The notes under the pieces are model-generated. The model was not told the DNA's origin. It made no database searches and was given only the letters and a program-made list of their open reading frames with translations. The position numbers and the translations under genes are program-made. Shown in pieces: positions 58,981 to 64,000 of a stretch of 64,000 nucleotides of DNA. Positions within the stretch are counted from its first letter, which is position 1. The number at the start of each line of letters is the position of its first letter. The DNA comes from an uncultured Verrucomicrobiae bacterium (GTDB lineage: Bacteria; Verrucomicrobiota; Verrucomicrobiia; Chthoniobacterales; JAFAMB01). The DNA is taken from assembly GCA_963837955.1 (NCBI GenBank), contig CAWIPH010000002.1, positions 1,536,001 to 1,600,000 on the forward strand, written 5' to 3'.

Positions 58981-59781
58981 TCAGCGTTGCGTCTTGAACA
59001 CCGCAGCGAGCTGGGCAGCCCCTGTGCGCGAGACCTTGATTTCGGTTCCCACCCGGTCGCGGAGCCGCACGCGGTAAAGGCGGTCACCGTAATGGATTAT
59101 GTGTTCGATTGCATGCAGATTCACAGTGGCATGCCTGCCGATCTGGATAAAAGGATCGCCGCCTAGCCATCGCGTGAGATCAGCCAACGCATAATAAGTG
59201 GCAAACTCTTCCCGCACGGTATGGATCCAAGTGCGGCGTTCCCGCCGCAGCACCGCTGCAACCTCGCGGCGGGTGAGTAGCCGGATCTGGTCGGCGTCCA
59301 CATCCCTGACCGGCAGCAGCTCATTGGCAGTGCCAGTAAAACGCGTTTTGTTCGGTGAGCCTTCGTTGGCGTGATCACCGGAACTCGAGAAAGAGCCGAG
59401 CTTAAAGGGCCGCAGATGTCGCAGCAACCGATTGACCGCATCCGTGACCTGCTCCGGATCCAACGGCTTCAAAAGATAATCCACCGCCCCCAACCGGAAG
59501 GCATCGGTCGCGCGGTTCGCGTTCCCCGTAGTAAAGACTAAGCGTGGCGGCTGCGGAAGCATGGTCAGTTGCGTCGCCAGCGAAACACCATCTTTGCCCG
59601 GCAGATTGATGTCGAGAAAGACGGCGTCCGGCCGCAACTTGGCACAAAGGCGAAGGCCCGCCTCGCTCTCTGTGGCCGAACCGACAATCTCTACCTGGTA
59701 AGTGTCGTCCAGCAGCTCGGTCAGGTAGTGTGCGGCCAAGGGCTCGTCTTCGATAATAACAGCTCGGATCCGGATCCACAT
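58981..59781 (-). CDS. LytTR-family response regulator
   Basis: IIEDEPLA, FLDINLPG.DG, VFTT, AVDYLLKP; LytTR tail FIQIGRHATVNL..I, VSR. Confidence 0.9.
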   Translation of the reverse strand: MWIRIRAVIIEDEPLAAHYLTELLDDTYQVEIVGSATESEAGLRLCAKLRPDAVFLDINLPGKDGVSLATQLTMLPQPPRLVFTTGNANRATDAFRLGAVDYLLKPLDPEQVTDAVNRLLRHLRPFKLGSFSSSGDHANEGSPNKTRFTGTANELLPVRDVDADQIRLLTRREVAAVLRRERRTWIHTVREEFATYYALADLTRWLGGDPFIQIGRHATVNLHAIEHIIHYGDRLYRVRLRDRVGTEIKVSRTGAAQLAAVFKTQR

Positions 59782-59793
59782 GAGAACAGGTTC

Positions 59794-60430
59794 TTAATGC
59801 GGCGCCAGATCGCGGAGGTTCGAGGTAACAGCTCCCGGCGATACTAACCCGACTCCGAACCGCTTGGATCGAAGCCCGTGTTGGACGTTCTCCACCAGCG
59901 GCTGGAAGGAGAAAGATGGCTTTAGAGCCTTTAGCAAACTCGGAGCGATCGTCTGCTCCACCTTCAAGCGGACACCGAACCGCAAAGACTCGATTTCTAA
60001 ATAAGCACGCACTACCGCCAGCTCTTCCGCCAGTGGTACGGGTACTCGATGCTGCTGATCGAAACTGGCCCGTAGAAATTGGCGCAAATGATCTGTCACC
60101 CGAAGCACTTCTCGTCGCGCGACCGGCGCCAGCGCGGCTAACGTATTCATAGCATTGAACAAAAATGAGGATTCATGCGCGTTTGCAGAGCACGGCCCTC
60201 GGCCGAAGCCGCCACTCGGCTTTGCTCGTCACGGTTACGGACCTACTCGGCAATGGCCAAAATCAAGGCCGTGCCCAAACCTTGCAGCACAGCGGCCATT
60301 CCGATCTCCTCGATCCTTTGCAGTGTTGCAGGCGAGTGAGCAGAAGAAGATGAGGCTAATGCGGAGCAACGATACTCCCAAGTCAGTCAGACAGCATCCC
60401 GTCAACGGGTGTTGCGCTAGCTTCTTACGC
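59794..60430 (-). pseudogene. LytS-type kinase pseudogene, paralogue of 54027..55445
   Basis: [43 protein letters not shown]; frameshifted, N-terminus and most of the ATPase domain deleted. Confidence 0.8.
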
Positions 60431-61278
60431 CGAGGTTTTCGCCCCCTACCGACATCGACTTCGATCACGTCCTTGGGTGATGCGGACGGTCTGTTTTCCC
60501 CCTTCGCCGCATACACCTCCACAAATCGCTCGAGCATTGGATTTATCTGGTCCGGCACCTCGAGTGGCGAAAGATGTCCGGAACCAATTGTCTGGCCGGT
60601 AATCAGGTTCGGACATATCTTTCGAAAACGATTCACGTCGCCTATTGGAGCAGCTGCCCCGATATAAGCAATCGGCACACAGCACGCCTTGATTGCTGCA
60701 GTTGCATCATATTCCGTCACATGATTTGAAAAGGCCGACGCAATAACATGTTGCGGGGTTTTCGCTGCGCTGGCGAGCAGTTGCGATTTGCGTTCAGCGC
60801 TGTCGGTTGGCAAGAGCAGCAACGAAGAAGCTTGTTCCAGGGCGCTTAAATAGTGCAGTCCTTTCAATGCTTTCGCCAGTGGCTGGAGCGCTTCTATAAA
60901 GGCTCGAGACGGCAGGATAACCGAATCAATCAGCGCAATTGCAGTGGGTAGCTCGGGGTAACGTGCCGCAAGCTCCAGCGCAACGTTGCCACCCATACTG
61001 TGCCCAATGACCACCGGTCGCTCGAGATTGATCTGAGCACAGAGCCAGGCGAGATCATCAGCAAAGCCGGCCATGGTGTAGTTCTGTTCAGGTGCATCAC
61101 TCATACCGTGACCTCGCAGGTCGACCGCCACCGAACGATGCGCACGGCTAAAGAACGCAAGCTGGGGCGCAAGGAAACTGTGATCACAGGCCCATCCGTG
61201 CACTAAAAGGACCGGTAACGCTCCTGAGCCAACTTCTTGAAAAGCGAGGGTAACATCGTCGCGCTTTAATCTATTCAT
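60235..61278 (-). CDS. alpha/beta hydrolase whose C-terminus runs into the LytS remnant
   Basis: LVHGW, AVDLRGHG.SD, IGHSMGG (GxSxG), GH...LE.P; start set at MNRLK. Confidence 0.85.
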   Translation of the reverse strand: MNRLKRDDVTLAFQEVGSGALPVLLVHGWACDHSFLAPQLAFFSRAHRSVAVDLRGHGMSDAPEQNYTMAGFADDLAWLCAQINLERPVVIGHSMGGNVALELAARYPELPTAIALIDSVILPSRAFIEALQPLAKALKGLHYLSALEQASSLLLLPTDSAERKSQLLASAAKTPQHVIASAFSNHVTEYDATAAIKACCVPIAYIGAAAPIGDVNRFRKICPNLITGQTIGSGHLSPLEVPDQINPMLERFVEVYAAKGENRPSASPKDVIEVDVGRGRKPRRKKLAQHPLTGCCLTDLGVSLLRISLIFFCSLACNTAKDRGDRNGRCAARFGHGLDFGHCRVGP

Positions 61279-61493
61279 CCGTTTTCTTAGATTAGCTTGC
61301 CCAAGAAGCAGATCGAGGGCATCGGGGTTCAATGAAGATTTGCCGGGCACCGTCCGGCGTTTCGGTTCGGGTTGTTTTTTTCATACTTATTTTCTTTTGT
61401 TGAGATTTCGACTGGTGGCGTTGACCGGATGGTCTCGCCGCACGCAGTTATGGATTTACTACGAATGAGAGCGTCCCTCCGCTTGCCGTTACA
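61269..61493. repeat. ~225-bp direct repeat, copy 1
   Basis: Matches 63464-63689; the last ~100 bp read as identical. Confidence 0.9.
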
Positions 61494-61600
61494 GGATGCC
61501 GGGCAGCACGCTCGAAACGTGACCGTCCGGGGCAATCAAGACATGCCGAGCACCCATCGAGGTCGGGGTGTTAACTAAAAACCAGTTCTTTCATCATAAC

Positions 61601-62566
61601 CTATTGGCCGATCAGTTTGTTCAATATCGCGGCCGCTACCAGCGCCGCATTTCTCGAAGCGAGCCGAGTATAAGTTTCTTCCGAATTTTGACCGTGCTGC
61701 CCGCCCGCCAAGTCGCTGATTCCGCGAACGATCAAGACCGGAATACGATCGACATATCCGACTTGCGCTATCGCGGTGCCTTCCATTTCGTGTAGACGGA
61801 CTTTCCAGGTACGGAAAGCAAACTCGCGAAAATCGCGATTATCCAGGAATACCGGCCCGCTCATCGCGTTGCCGCCGATGTACACCGACCGAGGCTCTCC
61901 TTTAGTATCGACCAATCGCACGCGGTTCGCGGCACTTTCCGCACATCTCAATAGGTAATGATCAGCCGGAAAAGCGTGCACTTGGCGGAGCTTCGCATCA
62001 CCCTTTCTCACCACTTGCACGTCATTCGGAAAAATCATTTCGAAGTGCCCGTACTTTGGCCGGTAGAATTCCGGCAAAACATAGCCTCCCGATTTGTTCG
62101 AATCCGGATTCGACCAAACGGATTCCATTTGGTGGATCCAATAAGCTGGCACCACAACATCACCTGGATGGAGCGCCGGATCCACCCCACCGGCGATCCC
62201 GGCAAAGATGATCGCATCAAGTTGAAAATGGTCGACTGCCATTTGGGTCGTCAATGCGGCATTGACCATACTCATCCCCGACAGAAAAAAGTAGAGATGC
62301 TTGCCGTCAAGATCGACCAGGCGAACGCGCGTTCCATTTACTTCCTCGATCTTACTTTCGGCTCTTTTCGGGATGATTGCTTGTTCTATTGCCGTCAATT
62401 CGGGATCGAATGCCGAGACGATGCCGATGCGGTCGAACTCTGCCGAGGAGCCGCGAAGGGTCAAAAAAGAACTGATTAAAAATAGACGCAGCAAAAACGC
62501 GCAGCGCGCGAGCCACGGCTTCATCGGTTCTATGTTACTTAGGCTGCTCATTTGGGGCGATTTCAT
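61601..62566 (-). CDS. MTA/SAH nucleosidase (PNP/UDP phosphorylase family), probably exported
   Basis: IGIVSAF..E, SGMSMVNAA, GIAGG, GDVVVP, EMEG.AIAQV, RGISDLAGG. Confidence 0.88.
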   Translation of the reverse strand: MKSPQMSSLSNIEPMKPWLARCAFLLRLFLISSFLTLRGSSAEFDRIGIVSAFDPELTAIEQAIIPKRAESKIEEVNGTRVRLVDLDGKHLYFFLSGMSMVNAALTTQMAVDHFQLDAIIFAGIAGGVDPALHPGDVVVPAYWIHQMESVWSNPDSNKSGGYVLPEFYRPKYGHFEMIFPNDVQVVRKGDAKLRQVHAFPADHYLLRCAESAANRVRLVDTKGEPRSVYIGGNAMSGPVFLDNRDFREFAFRTWKVRLHEMEGTAIAQVGYVDRIPVLIVRGISDLAGGQHGQNSEETYTRLASRNAALVAAAILNKLIGQ

Positions 62567-63036
62567 GCGGACGCGGACCCGTTTTTAAAATGATTGGGAA
62601 ACATGAGACGATCATCCTCCAAAAGGACTTCGAACATGGGAGACGTTATCGACATCTTTTCCGCAGCTGGGTAGATTTCGTAGAAAGTTGCTGCCGGAAT
62701 GAAGGCCAGCACATCTTCAATTCGTGGGCTGAAAAGTTTCTTGTTCAGTGAAGCGACGCTCGACAGATCGGCATTTCTCCGCAGCCAGTCAGCGATTTCA
62801 TCTTCAACCGAAACCTTCTGCACAATTTCGAGTAGCCATTCTTCGGTCACGCCAATGCCATCGAGAAGCATAAGGCTTAAGCCGGGTGCAAATGGCGTAG
62901 TAATACTGTACACGCCAATATTTCCCCCAGGAAGCTTCGCCCGCAATTTATCGATCGTGCGGGACATCATGTATAGGCCTTCCATTTTTTGATGAGGGCT
63001 GCGTGGTGGCTAAGTCGTTAGGTCGATGGTTTCCAT
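62563..63036 (-). pseudogene. DUF5069-like protein with in-frame TAG at codon 9
   Basis: METIDLTT*PPRSPHQKMEGLYMMSRTIDKLRA.LPGG..G.Y...EDD; TAG at 63010-63012. Confidence 0.7.
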
Positions 63037-63463
63037 TTATTGCATGAGTGGGTGTTGGACATTGCACTGCGTTGAGGTGTCAACTATTAACTCAGCACTT
63101 TGAATACTAACTCAGTACTTTGAATACCCGCCGTTCTTTGTTCCAAGTGCCGCAACCATTGTCTAGACGGTGATTGCGCTATGATCCGGTCGATCTAAGG
63201 AAGCTGTTAGCGTCTGAAATCATTTTGGATAATTTGCTTAATTTCAATGGTCGACCCTCGCGACTGCAGGTGACAGCCAGAGGTCGAGCGCTGATTGTGG
63301 ACTACCTGCTTCAACGGTCAACTAACCGAAGAAGCACATAAGACACTATGCTGTTGAGGCTGAACTGGAATGCGGACACCTGCAATGGATGTGTCGTTCA
63401 TAGGACAGCCTAAGGTGTGTAATGGAATGGGCGAGACCATCTGGAGTCATTAGCACCACAACT

Positions 63464-63689
63464 ATCTATTCATCCGTTTCTTTAGATTTGCTTGCCCAAT
63501 AAGCGGATCGAGGGCATCGGGGTTCAATGAAGATTTTGCCGGCACCTTCCGGCATTTCACTTCGGGTTGTTGTTTCCATATTTATTTTGTTTTGTTGAGA
63601 TTTCGACTGGTGGCGTTGACCGGATGGTCTCGCCGCACGCAGTTATGGATTTACTACGAATGAGAGCGTCCCTCCGCTTGCCGTTACAG
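63464..63689. repeat. ~225-bp direct repeat, copy 2
   Basis: Matches 61269-61493. Confidence 0.9.
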
Positions 63690-64000
63690 TTGCCGGCAAT
63701 GATTTCAATACCGTCTCGGTCTGAGCCAGCAGCATCCGAAGACTAAATTCCACAGCGTGGTCCCCTGGATCTTGCTCATTTCTCGGGTGTCTTTGTTAAC
63801 ATGGTCCTTTTCGGGCCCAGAAATAAAGGGTAGGCCGCCGACACCTGACGAATAAGGTATGTTAGCACAGATAAACTCTAGCTTCGTAGATGGTATTCTT
63901 TGTAGTTCTGGCGGCGTTGACCGGATGATCCAGCTGCAGGGTATTTATTTAGGAGCTATAGGACTCCGTACTTTGAATACCCACCGTTGTTTGTTACGCT

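Overview
Bacterial chromosomal window, probably from a soil Verrucomicrobiota (Chthoniobacterales-like) genome. The taxonomy is inferred from the TIR/TolB-N/TPR membrane protein, the DUF5069-like gene and the repeat style. There are four blocks. (1) 1-24.3 kb is accessory metabolism: a TIR-TM-TolB-N-TPR protein missed by the ORF track, a catalase-like peroxidase, a methyltransferase, an SDR, GH39, a 1095-aa M14 carboxypeptidase with an apparently separately encoded pro-domain, and a LacI-regulated sugar ABC/GH42 operon. It is densely studded with GTAG-type REP/REPIN-like repeats, one copy interrupted by an IS1182 element and another by an IS110 remnant. (2) 24.3-30.7 kb is an AT-richer island at the 3' side of tRNA-Glu(TTC). 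It carries a tightly coupled wHTH-like / ParA ATPase / RelA-SpoT small alarmone synthetase / small-protein operon, the best candidate here for an undescribed defence or toxin-antitoxin system, and a secreted protein whose 8-Cys C-terminus is hidden by a frameshift. (3) 31-50 kb is core genes (waaA, four-helix-bundle gene, rsmD, AsmA-like, lipid kinase, an apparently inactive rhomboid, glnE, AddB/AddA-like pair, gluconolactonase, mdh, tRNA-Lys) with higher-order mosaic REP arrays. (4) 50-64 kb is a decaying island after tRNA-Lys, with two outward-facing Tn3-family inverted repeats, chimeric and pseudogenised LytS kinases, several gene fragments and a 225-bp duplicated segment containing a conserved small ORF. 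No CRISPR array, integrase or RAYT transposase was seen. Single-base frameshifts could be sequencing errors. All family assignments are by motif recognition, not database search.
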